Translations under genes and position numbers: made by a program
Shown here: positions 13,001 through 25,769 of the stretch, piece after piece
Position numbering within the stretch: position 1 is the stretch's first letter
Layout of the letters: each line of letters opens with the position of its first letter
Source of the DNA: Nymphaea colorata
Lineage: Eukaryota
DNA length: 64,000 nucleotides
Direction of reading: 5' to 3'
NCBI RefSeq assembly: GCF_008831285.2
Contig: NC_045138.2
Location: forward strand, 29,574,001-29,638,000
The notes under the pieces: model-generated
Seen by the model: only the letters and a program-made list of their open reading frames with translations
What the model was told of the DNA's origin: nothing
Databases searched by the model: none

Positions 13001-16000
13001 TTTGGAGGGCCACTCATTCACATATTTTCATACTAGAAAGCACACTGGATGCATGTATATATATCCGCGGCTGCAAAACAGTGTTTAAGAGTGTCACTGG
13101 AACCCCTAAAATATGAACATGATTTTGAATCCAAATTTTATGTTCAAGTACTTATAAAACTAAATACCCATATGAATTATCCTCCATGTATCTATTGTTT
13201 GTGTCTAATTCACTGTCAAAGTGCACCTGTATTGTTCTCATTAACTCTGGTCTCTTTTGAAGTTTTATTAACTCATCCTGGATGCATGTATATTATACAG
13301 ATGTCTGAATATGAAATTTTGGTGTACTTTCTGATTCAATCATATTTTCATGTCTAAATTATCAAAAAATGATTCACATGATTGCATAAACAAGACCCAC
13401 CTTGGATTCTCAGCCAAATTAAGATGTGTTCAGGGCAATGACACAAGGATGCAGGTATCACATGGCTGCCTCCTGCGTCATGGTTCAGGCCCTTCTTGCC
13501 TCCTTCATTGGGAACATTATCCCAAAAACCTTGTTATTTGTGGGGTTCGAAAGGTGAGTCAACGTATGGTTCATGTAAGGTCGAGCCTGGATGTGGACCC
13601 AGGCTCGACTTGGCCCTTTCTCACACCAACTACTCGGACAAAATGGCTAACAGTATTGAGCCCTCGGTATTTCTTGAATGGGAACAGGCGGGTCAATGGC
13701 TCATGAAGTATTTATTGGGTGCTGCTCTCTCTGTGATAGACAGCTGAATTAATGCTCTGCATTTTGCTGTTGGTCCTACCAACATGTGATTTTGTTCAAC
13801 AGTATGTATGAAAATTCCTTTATTTTAATGTTACCATTGATTTGATAGATACATGAATGTGCATTTAAGTTCTTGCAACCAACCAATCCTCACTCTTTAA
13901 CTGTTAGGTTGGAGGAGGAGGAAAAGATCATTAATATGAAAAATGTAAGGGTCGATAACCTATTGAGAGAATATATGGCCGGCCGGAGGAGAATATTTTC
14001 CTCGTCAACTTGAAGAGTATCCTGGATCAAGTTTCAACTGTGTCATTGATCTCCAGCTATGGTTTTTCTATGGTGTTGTTCTTGTAAGACTTGGTGGTTG
14101 CTCAACTGGAAGAAACAAAAGATCAACTAAAAAGGTATTACCATAGAACTTCAAGTAAATCAGAAAAAGGAATAGAAAGGCAAAGTTAACAAATAAAACA
14201 ATGAGAGTAAAACGCAGTTCAGTCAATGACACGGATTTCCTTAAAAGTCATCGTCACTTTATCATTGAAGAGGAGAAAGATCTTATGGCTGATGGAGTCG
14301 ATTGTTATCAGGGATGCCAACGTTTTCAGACGCCGGAATTCGTGAGCTTGAACTGGTGGTGCTAGGTTTCTGCAACATAGAAAAATGGCAGTACAGCACT
14401 CCCCTTTACTTTATTGAAAAATCTATAAAAATTATCCCCATCTACATGTTTTACAGCTTAGCATTTGAACAATTTCAGAGTGAAGATGGAAACACTAGAA
14501 ATTCTTCTTCCGAAGATCCTTCTATTTCTTTCTCACAGCCTTTGAGATGGCTGTTTCCATGACGAAAACCTAATTTCTTGGCAATACTTTTCGTCTTCTC
14601 CTCATGAAAACTTTGAGATTTTATAAAATGTGCAGAATATAAGAAGAGAATAAGAAGAGAGACGTACATATCTCGGTTCTTGTGTTGGTAAGACACTGAT
14701 GAGCGCTATCACCACATCTTCATCAGTGCAGCGGCTGCTAATGACATATTAGGAGACCAAAAGAAACTCTTGTAGCCTTTTTAGAGACCAATGAGCATGT
14801 TGGTTCTAGTGATTTCCGTATCATGGCAGCTTTTTAAGCATCCAAACTTTGTTGCTTCATTGGACCAAAATTGGTCTAAATGCCTAAAGCGTGGAAATGT
14901 GGATCCTTGACAGCTTTATGACACAAACCTGCTCCAATTTTAATGATGATGATAATGACTAGAAACGATGTATGTCGTATCAGATGGAGCAAATATGAAA
15001 GGATTCGTCCAATTTACACACTTTAATTCCAAGAACCTTTTTTAAAGGTTTGTTAAAAGATACCACCCTCTTTACGTGGATTCAAGTGCTTCTAACTCTA
15101 GAGATAGATAGATAGAAAGGGAGAGAGAGATTCAACGCGACACAGGCTTTGTTCCTCTGTGTGCTGTTCTGGTTGGCGTTTCTATGAAGGCAATGCCGAC
15201 CACATAAAACTCAACACATGAAGAAGACGAGTTCAACTATTTTGGTCGGTCTTCACCCCAATAATCCCTCTCGTTACGGAACACAGCCAGGTGTCTTGGA
15301 ACACCACCTGTCCCACGGCCCACAATAGGAAGGCCCCAACAGCGGCAGTGGCCTCAAGAGTAACTCCTGCAGCTTTTCTTCTTATGAAACACGCCCATGT
15401 GTCCTAAAAGTGGTAGGTCTCCATCAGTGTGCTCCCATCATCTTTTCCGAATTTGAACTTTGAACACCTGGTACTCCATGCCACAGAAGAGAGGGAGTTC
15501 TCTCCCCAAGCTTACCTGTGTCTCAATTCAAAAGGGTATCTCAAGCTTCACTAAATTGGAGACAGTTCGGCCCATAGCTCTTGGTGGATGCACTCTCTTT
15601 TCTTGCAACTACCCTTCACCCTTCTTTTATAATCCTCCCTGTTCTAAGAACTCACAATGTGTTTCTGCTCTGTCATCAATCTTAAGTAAAAGTTTTTGGG
15701 AGTTGTTTCCCTTTACCCCTAAACAGTAAGTAATCACCACAAAATCTGTCGCCCAACTCTGGGCTACTTCCTCAAAGTTCGACAATCGACCGTGTTGAGC
15801 AAAAACTTGTGATCCAGTCTCACCTTTGCTAGAATAGAAGCAGCAGGTGGCTTGGGGTCTGTCTCATTTAAATTCACAACCTGAATTTAACTTTTTCACC
15901 TGAATCCTTCATGGGGGAACAGTTTTTTAAGGAATGATACGAGCAGAGTGATGAATGTATCCTCATTTCTCTCGGTCCATTTCAACAGGATAATCATCCC

Positions 16001-16146
16001 AACTTGGAAAAAGTAACAGTATTACAAATGTGATATCAGAAGGAAAAAAGAGTACGTAAATTTACAAAAGCAGGAAAATAAGAAAAGAAAATTTGAACAG
16101 GGGGAACAAGGGGAAAAGGCCCGAGTTTTCCAAATTCTATCACAGT

Positions 16147-18285
16147 TTAAAACCTCGCGTCCTCCAGGCCGTGAAGATCATCAGCCCGGTTCATCGCCTT
16201 CCTCATCATGGCCACTCGAGCGAGCCGCTCGGCTTCCCTCCACGCCGACCTCGGCGTGAGCGGGTCGCCGTTCGACTCCATCTGCAGCCTCATCGCCATG
16301 TCCAGAACCGAACCTGGCGACGGGGCTTCGAGCTCGGTCCTCTTCAACCCGATATCCGATCCAAATCTTCCTCTCTTGGACCCCAGCTCCGCTAGCTCCG
16401 CGTCGATGGCGCGAACGTGCTCGTCAGCCGATAGCGACGCCGAGCCGAGCAGGCGGGTCCGAGCCGCCGCCAGGACCAACCGAGACGCCGATGCATCTCC
16501 CTTCTCCACCAAGTGCCGAGCTTCCGAAATCGCGCGTGTTGTTCGGAGCCGGTTCCGGAGTCGCTCCACCTTCATCCCGACCGAGTTCGGGAACCCGCGG
16601 ACGGATTCGACCACCGGCAAGGTCAAAGTCCTCGCTTCCCCGTTGACCGTCTCTTGCGTGAGCGGGTCCACGAACGAGCAGCGGACGGAGATGAGACTCG
16701 CCGGACCGACGGCCTTGGTCGCCGGGATCTTTAGCTCGACCAGGAACTCCCGCTCCTCCTCCGCGTAGAGATCGCCAATTTGGATAGAGCCAGATCGACG
16801 GCCCGCGTGGATCCTTGATCGCTGGACGGAGGCGTAGAGGCTGCTCAGCTTCACCTGCAACCCGCCGGATTCCGACGCACACTCGATCTCTAGGTGGAGA
16901 TCCTGTATGGCCACGCTCAGTAGCGTTCCAACACATTGCCGGAAGGAGGCCTCGTCGTGGACGTACGAGAACGTATTGCCGGTCCCGTCGGAGAACGTCA
17001 CTGGCCCACCGGCCTGAGCGACGGGTTCTCCGGTGAAGCCGAAAGTGTGCACTGGGAGTCCGAGAGTGCCGAACAGTGCAGAGAGCTTTGGCGCTCTCCG
17101 GCGGCAGGCGGTTGCGTCGTCGGTCAGAAGGAGGATTCCTGATGCAGGGTTGCGCTCCCGGCGATCAGAGAGCATCTTTGCTGCCTTCTTTACGCCGTCA
17201 GCGAGAGCGCCGACTGAGTCTCCACTCTCGGCGTCGTCGTTGCTCGAGACTTCGAGGCGCTCCACTAGACGGCGGGCCGCGCGTTGGCCGTGGACGGACA
17301 TTCTCATGAGAGGGAGGAGGCGTTTCGACGAGCCTCGTGTGAAGGCAACGACCGCGAGGCGGTCGCCGGAGGAAAGTGACGAGGCGACGACTCTGAAGGC
17401 TCTCTTCATCGTTCGGAGAGCAGACCGCGCGTCGATGACGACCACGACATCGATAGGAGGACGTGAATTCTGGTCGGAAAGGCGTTTCCGCGGCGTATCG
17501 TGCCCAGAGCTCCCGCTGGATGTCGCCGGAGCCGCAACGCGCAAAAGCATTGCGAAGTCGTCGTAGCTCTTACCAGGGATCAGCGCAGGAAATTCCGGCA
17601 CGATCGTCAGGTTGACGACCGTCCTGTTCGAACAAATTCCGGAAACATCCGGAGATGATTCCTCCTCCGGAATCGGGTTGAACCTTCGGCAAGGGGCCGC
17701 TCCAACAGACAAAAGCGGCTCGTCGTCGTCGTAGAGCCTGCTCTTCGGAGCCGGTACCGGTTCCACCTCCTCCCGGCCGGGCGGCGTCCTTGGCTCCGGT
17801 TCGCTCCGACGTGGTGCAGCCGCTGATAGGAACGGCGCGTCCTTCCACGCCGCGAAACACACGGGGCATGAGGCACTCCCTCGCCGCACGTGCGACGCCA
17901 CGCAGTGGAAGTGGAAAGCATGCGAGCACTCGGCCGTGAAGATGGCACATCCCTCGCCGCACCTCATGGGCTTGAAGCACACGCCGCACGCGCTCTACAC
18001 GAGTCAAAGGACGATGCCTCATGAGCCGAAAGCCGAAGGAAACTCGAGAAAAACAGGAGACAAATCTCTCGCTAGTAGGGTTGAGGATTTCACCTTTTGG
18101 AGGATGAGGGGGCGGGGAGTTCTACCCTCCGACCTAGGGGTGGTGGCGGTGGAGACGGAGTGGCTCCTCACTGACGGGGTGACAGATTCCGAGGAATCCT
18201 CGCCGGACACCGGCCGGCTCCTCTCCGCCGTCGCGCAGACGGTCAGGCCGAGGGCGATCCGCGCCCGTCGCCAACCCGTTCCCAT
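16147..18285 (-). CDS. WAV3: WAV3/WAVH/EDA40-family RING-H2 + von Willebrand A E3 ubiquitin ligase, 679 aa
   Basis: Exon 1 18285-18094 starts MGTGWRRA. A 99-nt intron (AAG|GTGAAA...GTGTAG|AGC) precedes exon 2 17994-16147. RING-H2: CGVC...AIFTAECSHAFHFHC...CPVC. Also YDDDEPL, a vWA-like region, GDLYAEEEREFLVEL and the family C-terminus PLTPRSAWREAERLARVAMMRKAMNRADDLHGLEDARF. The symbol denotes the family; exact orthologue uncertain. Confidence 0.9.
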
Positions 18286-18392
18286 TTTTTGCCGCTGCTC
18301 CTCTCGCCAAGGCAAAACGTAAACAACCTGAGAATCAAACGGCAGTCTGCGTTTGAACACTGATAGCAACGGCCTTCTGCGGTTGGACGCCC

Positions 18393-18417
18393 TTATATAA
18401 AAGCGCCCTGGACGTCA
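18393..18417 (-). promoter_or_regulatory. Probable TATA box and adjacent ACGT element of the WAV3-like gene
   Basis: TTATATAA at 18393-18400, about 110 nt upstream of the ATG, with TGACGTC about 10 nt further upstream. Confidence 0.5.
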
Positions 18418-20560
18418 AATTACGGTAATACCCTAAATCAGATGATATTCTTCTTGACAATATTACCCCCACGACGAGGAATCACAAGGCACTTCGCACT
18501 CGCCGTGGGCCATCGGATGCCTCGTGCTGCTCCCTTGGGTAATAAAGTCATTTCCTGTGTCGAGAGAACGGCAATTCCGTCCTCCTTCGTGGTGGGTGCT
18601 CTTCGTCGCCTTGAGTAAAAGACCGAACTACCCTCCGTCCCTCTCCGACGTCATTTTCTTCACGTGCCGTGGGCTCTTTCGTCCTTAACCAACTTTTCCT
18701 TATCCGGCAAAAGCAAGCTCCAGGCATTATTGGCGCCACGTTTTTAAAATTAACGGGTGCATTAATTATAATTTGGGACAAGTAATTAATGGGTAAATCG
18801 ACATAATTAATAAAATAAAAGTTGAATTAAATTAAGAAAAAGAAGGAGAATAGAGTGGCCTTGGAGAACGTGGAGTGTTGAACAGAGATGGCGCGTTTAA
18901 ATTATTTAAATGCTTCTACCAATAATGGCTTCCCTTTTTCTTCTTTTACTTTTTCTAAGGAGTTTAAAATGATTTCATAATCTCTCACTAATTAAGATTT
19001 AGATTTATTTATTGAATAATCAGAGAGCCGCGTTAATAATTGAGTCGGTCAGCCTGCCCGGCCCAGCCGCCGCCCTGACCGGCCTGCCGGACAGTTACAA
19101 AAATGGACCTGTTATGAATTTGCTCTGACCCGCACGCAAGTCCAGATCTGGATCTAGATATTTAAACCAATGACTAAAACGATGATTGTACCATCCAGAT
19201 CACAATTGCCTCTCGATCACCAATTGGGGCAGGAATTTATGCATTCAACCAATTTTTAAAAGGTACAGTAAAACTTAAAAGTATAATTTCAAAACAAAAT
19301 TTCAATGCTGGCCAACTTCCTATAATGTGTCATTAAAGTACAAATTGGCTTTAATTGACAAAAACAAAAAACTAGGCTGAGTGTTAGGTGAGCACATCTG
19401 TCGATCGCCCTGTACATTGCCCCTCACATGCAGAAGGGGCTCGACAAATGCGATCGCCGGAAACATGACCTATTTGAGTTAATTCGTGTGTGCCGCGAAT
19501 ATATGTCTCTCAAGATGTCCAAAAATTTTTGATATAGGACTATTTGGAAATCTTTTCCATAGTATTAGTAGCAAGAGGATATGCAAAACCATGTAGATGG
19601 GTCCATGTCCAAGTATAGAAACAGCCAAGCCTTGTGAGCTCATCCCTAACTCAAGATCGGAACGAGGCCCCACCCCTCAAGCGAGGAGGGCAGGCTCCTG
19701 TCATTAACTTGGAGAAGTAAAATTTTTCGCATCGAAGAGCGGGACCCGCCCTCATGTCCATGACACGAGGGCGGCCCGCCCGATTGGGTCTTCTCCGTCC
19801 ACGTGTTCGATCCTAATCAGCATTGTCCATGACAAGTCCCCAAGCCTCCATGCCTAACGGTCTGGAGAGGGTTGAGGTTTATGGCTGGGGAGGAAGAAAA
19901 GATAGACATGAACAGGTAGGTGGAGATAAGGAAGGGGAAGCTCGGATTTTTGGAAGATCCTGTTTGGTTGATTGCGAACGCGATCTTCTTAAATAATTTT
20001 AAGTTTTCTTCTTCTCCTTTTCCAGCCATTTGTTGTTTTAGCAACACCAATGATTTCATATGAAGCCTTTGGTGGCTTTAGAGCTGAAGAAAGGCCTCAC
20101 AAGTAACCATACATTGGGAAGCCTCCAATTAGTAAAATCCTTGAGGTCCCCCCTCTCTCCTTTCACTAAGGAGTGACATTACAACAAAAGTTGCTGCCAA
20201 AGTCTTTGATCTGGTGATGTCCCTTCAACTTGGTGATATTTACAGGTCGATCGCGGCGAACCTCGAAAAAAGCCGGTCACACCAAAAAAATTGTCGAAGA
20301 AAAGCTCATCTTAACATCATTTCCCTATCGATGCAGCTTGTTTTAATGTATTTTGTCATTTTGTATCTTCTTCCTTACCTTTTCCGGAATTATTTTTGTC
20401 AGAACATCTTTGTTCCCTAGAAAATTTTTACTTGACTAGCATTTGAGCTTGGTAAAAGGTCCGAGTAAATCATTTTGCATAAGGGGAGCTCAATTAAGAA
20501 TCCACATTACAATGCATATGGAATTAGATGAGACTTTTCAGTAAACAATAAAGTATTTTA

Positions 20561-20923
20561 TCTTCAAAAAAAGCTAAGAACTATAACAACCAACTATTTA
20601 ATAACCTCTCGAAGGTTTCTCATCATTTTTAATGCGGGAGTGAACTTTTCAAAGTGTAGGAGGACAATCTACCCTCTTAAGGTGCATGTGTGGGATCATA
20701 GGTCCGATTGTCAATCAGGCTCTAATGCCATTGTAACGATACAACTCACTCCCACACTGGGCCCGAGTCTCTGACCTAACGAATCTCAACCCATCTCTTA
20801 ACAGATTCAGTTATAACCTCAAAAAGGTTAGAAAACAAAACAACCAACCACTTAATAATTCACTTTATAAATCTTTAAACAATTTTCAATACAAAACTAA
20901 ACTTCTTAAAGTGAGGTATTATA
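20561..20923 (-). mobile_element. Degenerate TRIM-like miniature LTR retrotransposon
   Basis: On the minus strand: 5' LTR about 20923-20732 ending ...TTACA, PBS TGGCATTAGAGCC (20730-20718; degenerate tRNA-iMet PBS TGGTATCAGAGC), about 65 bp internal region, PPT AAGAGGGTAGAT next to TGT at 20666, and a partial 3' LTR. The two LTR copies share diverged blocks (AACAACCAAC..TTAATAA; AACTT..AAAGTG). Confidence 0.6.
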
Positions 20924-21924
20924 CCTAACCTTCCAAACGCATTTCAATTTAGAGGGCATAATAAGTTGAGGGCACAGACGAAAGACTCTAATAAAAATTA
21001 GGTTCAACAAAAAAAGAGTGTCCTCTGCATTTAATGTCACAATATAAGATGCTTTTGCCTTCAAGGTGAAAGAAAAGTGTCCTTAAGTGCTACTGCATTC
21101 ACTCTTGAATTTGTTCTTAAGCCAAAGAGAATAGTCTTGTTAGGTGACCTCACATGTCATCACATGAATGGCTCTTTTCCTCCTCATTTCTTTTTTTTTT
21201 TTGGTTTATTTTTTTAACATTATAGGTACATATTCTTTAAAATATGTTGATGATCAATATAAAATCATCAGGTATCTTCACCAACCCTTTTTCCGTAATT
21301 TATTAACATCTTATTTTATTATGCCATTTGGGTTAGATGGCAATGGGAATCTTTGTTATTATGCAGAGAGTTGGGTGTACATAGTTTATTTCTTTTCCCT
21401 GCTTCTCTAATAAAGGTCCCATATATGCCGATTATTTTATTTTTTTCCCAATAATTTATTACTTTTTCCTTCAAAATAATTATAGTTTTTAGTATTTTAT
21501 TGTTTTAAAAGTGAGGCTAAGTCAGAAGGCTTCCCACTTGAGAGTTCCGAAGGGAGGATTCCCGTTGATCGTACACAGGGGAGCATGGGACGTGGATGGG
21601 TTTGGGTGTGACCAGATGTCAGCCCATACTCAATCCGATAAAAGTTCGAGTTGTTGGTATGCAAAGAAAGAGATCCAATAAATTATTGGAGCAGAAACCA
21701 CTCCGGTTAATAAAACGGACAGCAGGTATGGTTTTCCTTACTGAGACCCGGTATGACCTTTTATATAAACAAATCCGAGCCGTTTCAGATCCAAGTCTGA
21801 GCCAATCCAAATTTAGCAAGGATCCAGTTATCTCTGGACATCCTCAGGCATGTCTGCAGGTAGGTAGAAAAATACTATAACAGCCCATGCATGAGAATGA
21901 CTTGGAATATTTTTCATCTTCAAT

Positions 21925-21959
<35 letters not shown>

Positions 21960-24900
21960 CTTATATGTCTAAACGGCGCCTAAACCTAATTAATATCTCA
22001 TGCTGGTAACACTCTAAAGTACCCAACAAAAGCAAGTTGAGATCCATCAAGACTAAATGTCTGGATTAGTGTAGAGTCCAATCCAGTATCTCTTGTTTAG
22101 ATGCACTAGTTGACATGCAATACAGATTCAAGCACCCAAGAGCAAAGCCATGATTTTTTTCGGGGGCGGGCCAAATAGTCTAACCTCATGTTGACATAAA
22201 AAATTATGAAGTGGGAAGAGAGACATGCTCAAGAGTTAACGGCTATACGAGGACAAATAAGAAAGTAATATCGGCGAAAATGATACATGCAAACGAATAG
22301 AAAATTGTATACACACACACTATAAAATAATAAAAAAATTTGTCTATATTCATGTAGAGAAGATCTTTAATAAATTATATGAATAGCATTGTTTATATAT
22401 TTAGGATAGAGGAAACGAGGTTCTCATCAATAATAAAAAAAATTGTTCCCCAAAACTTTCACCTCCTTGAGAAAGAGCAAGGTGTTTCCAGCTTCCAATG
22501 ATTTTTTTTATAAGTGTGCTTCTTATTCTTCTTCTATAAGTCTCTGTGTGCATTTGTCCGTGAAATATAGAATAAAACCTACGTTTTCTTAAGTCCTCAA
22601 TACTGGGGCAGACAGTATGGTTGTGAAAAGCTATATATATATATATATATATAGACAGAGAGAGAGAGAGAAGGATAGAAAAAAAGAGTTGGTTTATGTG
22701 GTAAATTATTAACAACTGTATGTCATACTTCATAAGAATGGCAATAAGATCCAGACATTGCACAAGAGCTCGAAAAGCAATTCACAGATATAAGGTCACG
22801 CATTTTTCAATTCTTTTGCTATTTTGTATATTTACTTATGCATAAATTGTAAAGAGTAATAAAAGATTGGCAATTAAATTAATGAGTAAACAAGTGGGCT
22901 GGATCAAAGTAGGGCCAGTGGAATGGTCATGGGCATATGGGTGGACTGTCTTTTGGGACAGTGCATGGCCTCCCAGACAAAGAGGGAAGGTGAGAGGTTG
23001 AAATCACAGTCATGATGGATGGACATGATTAAACACACCGCCCGATACAACTAGAGGATTTTTCTGTCCTAGACAGACCAAATTCACAAGTTATATATAT
23101 ATATATATAGTGTCTAACGGTTACCAAACTCTTTTCTGACCATTTTAAGTTGACTTTGACAAAACTTAATTGTTTGTGTGGGAGCAAAATATCCAAAAGC
23201 ATAGGACTAAAAAAAAATCACTGCACTCTAGTGTGTAAATTCAAATTTTATAAGGTTCATAGATTACTACTCTTAGTTTTTTGAGTCATAAAATTCAATT
23301 TAGACAATTAAAAACATGAACTAGATAGATCCTGACTTTCACAATGAATAAAAAAGAGAAAAAACTAAAAAAGACAGGGTCACAGGATTGTGTGAATTGG
23401 TAGAGATCAGAATCTAAAAAAAAAGGACCCTGGAAGAACCCTTCAAGGTCTCGAAATCTTTTACATGGATGTTCAACGGGTTTGTTCTTTTGGAACACAA
23501 AAAGTGATTTTTTTTTAATTCATTATACAAATCAATGCATGCGAATAATTTATTTTCTGGAGCTTTTATAGTTTATCCTATATGTCAGAAAAATATGATC
23601 AAAGGCATATTCGGTGTGGAAAGAAGAACATGTCACACTTGAATGTTGTTTTGATTATCCGATTGTCTGATTAGACGGCTGGGATGAGGGCAGACCAGTC
23701 ATCTTCTCATACTCACATTATTGGGTTACTAGTTTAAACATTTTATGCTACAAAACCACGACTAATTCCACTAAAGAAATGAGAGGGACCCCACAAACTG
23801 CAATGAAGGTGGTGGTTTTAAAACCTAACATGCTCTGAAATGTGACTACAATTTAAAAATGTATTTCTTTGAAGAGTCAGGAAGGTGGTTGGGAATCATT
23901 ACATCTCTCTCTCTCTCTCTCTCAGGGCAAGGGCCCCTTCACCATCTAAATCATGCATCCTAAAACGATATTAGACAAAGAATAACCTAGTTTTGCAGCT
24001 CCAGACTTTACCTGATTCAATAAACTGTAGTATCATCTAAAAAAGATCCAAAATCTTAGTGCTACCAAAGAAAGTGGAGAGTGGAGAAGAAGAAAAGTAT
24101 GTGGTTACCTAAGGGATACATCCTTATTTTATACTGTGATTATAATATCATGATTATGTGCATGGAGCTCATTGAACATTTCACAGACATACAAGAAAAT
24201 GGTTCAATATTGAGATGCGCATGCGATGCACCAACATGGTTTACACATACGCCTAATATGAACGACAGTGAGAAGTAGTGCCATGAGAATGAATGTAAAC
24301 ATTCATGAAAGAAAATGATTACAGAAAAGCTAATCAAAGTGTTTCACAATTATAAGAGGAGATGAGGACAGTGGATACATGTTGAACTCCCAAGTTCTTG
24401 GTTTTTTCTAAAACCAGATACAAAGCAAATTTTATAACTTTTCAATACTTTAATCATCAAAAATCCTTTCTATTGAAAGATTTTTACAATTTACTAGAAC
24501 TTACCAGAAATTTACAACTAGTTGAAATTTTCATTCTCTGGACTAATGTGTCCATGCGTGCTGCAGTTACACATCAAAAGATTAGGCTGTGTATAGACGC
24601 AAGCTACAATCATGGGGAAGGGAAAAGAGCTTATGAAAAAAAGGGATCACAAGCTTTATTGGCCGAAAGCATGAGGCTCATGATTCAAACCTGTCAAAAC
24701 TAAGGCAGACACGATGTTCAGGCATGCTGATTTGATCGCTACATGTTCATTGATGTTCTAATTCTATGGACACATTCAACCACTTCAGTTATTTCGGAAC
24801 CTTCAGAAATATATATGGAGCAACGACCTCCTTATTCAATTCAAATTGGTCAATAAAATAAAGACTTCAGCAACTTCTTTGCTGAAATCGTTGACCCACT

Positions 24901-25769
24901 TTCTCTATACCAACAAAATCCTGACATGTGAAGTGTCGGCAACACCAGACTCCACAAGCCTCTACCTTGCTCAACATTGATACTTACACCAAAACTGTGT
25001 TAGACAACCCATTTAAGGGATTTTCGAGCATTTCTTGGTCTTGATTGCACAAAACAATGCCTGCACAAGGGTCCTCAAATTTAATAAACTAAGCAGCAGG
25101 AATCTCCAACTTTCATAATTTAGTACCAAAAACTAACATGGAAGGCACTTCTGAGATATGAATGTCTCAACTCCAGAACAAAACCACCAGCTTAAGAATT
25201 GACGTGAAAGGTCACTAAGGAATGACTACTATAATAAGCCTTCCTGCAACCGGTTGGTCTTTCCATTCACTAAAAGGGGAAGGACAGTAATAATGGGAAC
25301 CGAATGCACAAAACAATTGATTACTCAGAAGCCCATACTACCACTTCATTGAGATATGAAAGGACCATTCACTTCCTGAAACCTGCCCCCCAGACAACAA
25401 GCACTCCAAGGGAGCACTACTTCTCGTTTCAGTTGAAGTAGAAGGATCAAACCTACCATCAGGTTAAGATAGATAACAGAGGAACCTAAATGGCTGATGG
25501 ATCCAACTATGTCACGATCTTGCCATGGAATGGAATAGTCCTCTACAGACTATCCAAAAAATTATCATCCACGCAGGGTTTAGGCAAAGAATATGTGGTA
25601 AACAGAGAAACCAGTGGTTCCAATTATGTACGGGCATCCTTAACATAAAGTGGCTGGCAGGCTCCACCCAAAGGATGATCTTCAAACAGAAGGGAATAAC
25701 CTTTGATTCCACCTGGCCATGAACATAAGCTTAACAGAGAGATCCGTGATTCCCATGACAGATGAGCAG

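Noticed and set aside
17983..18093. Apparent premature stop or pseudogenisation of the WAV3-like gene
   Set aside because: Resolved by a canonical 99-nt GT-AG intron.
16093..18322. Antisense and alternative-frame ORFs up to 186 aa over the WAV3-like gene
   Set aside because: Same GC-driven artefact; the RING-vWA frame explains the region.
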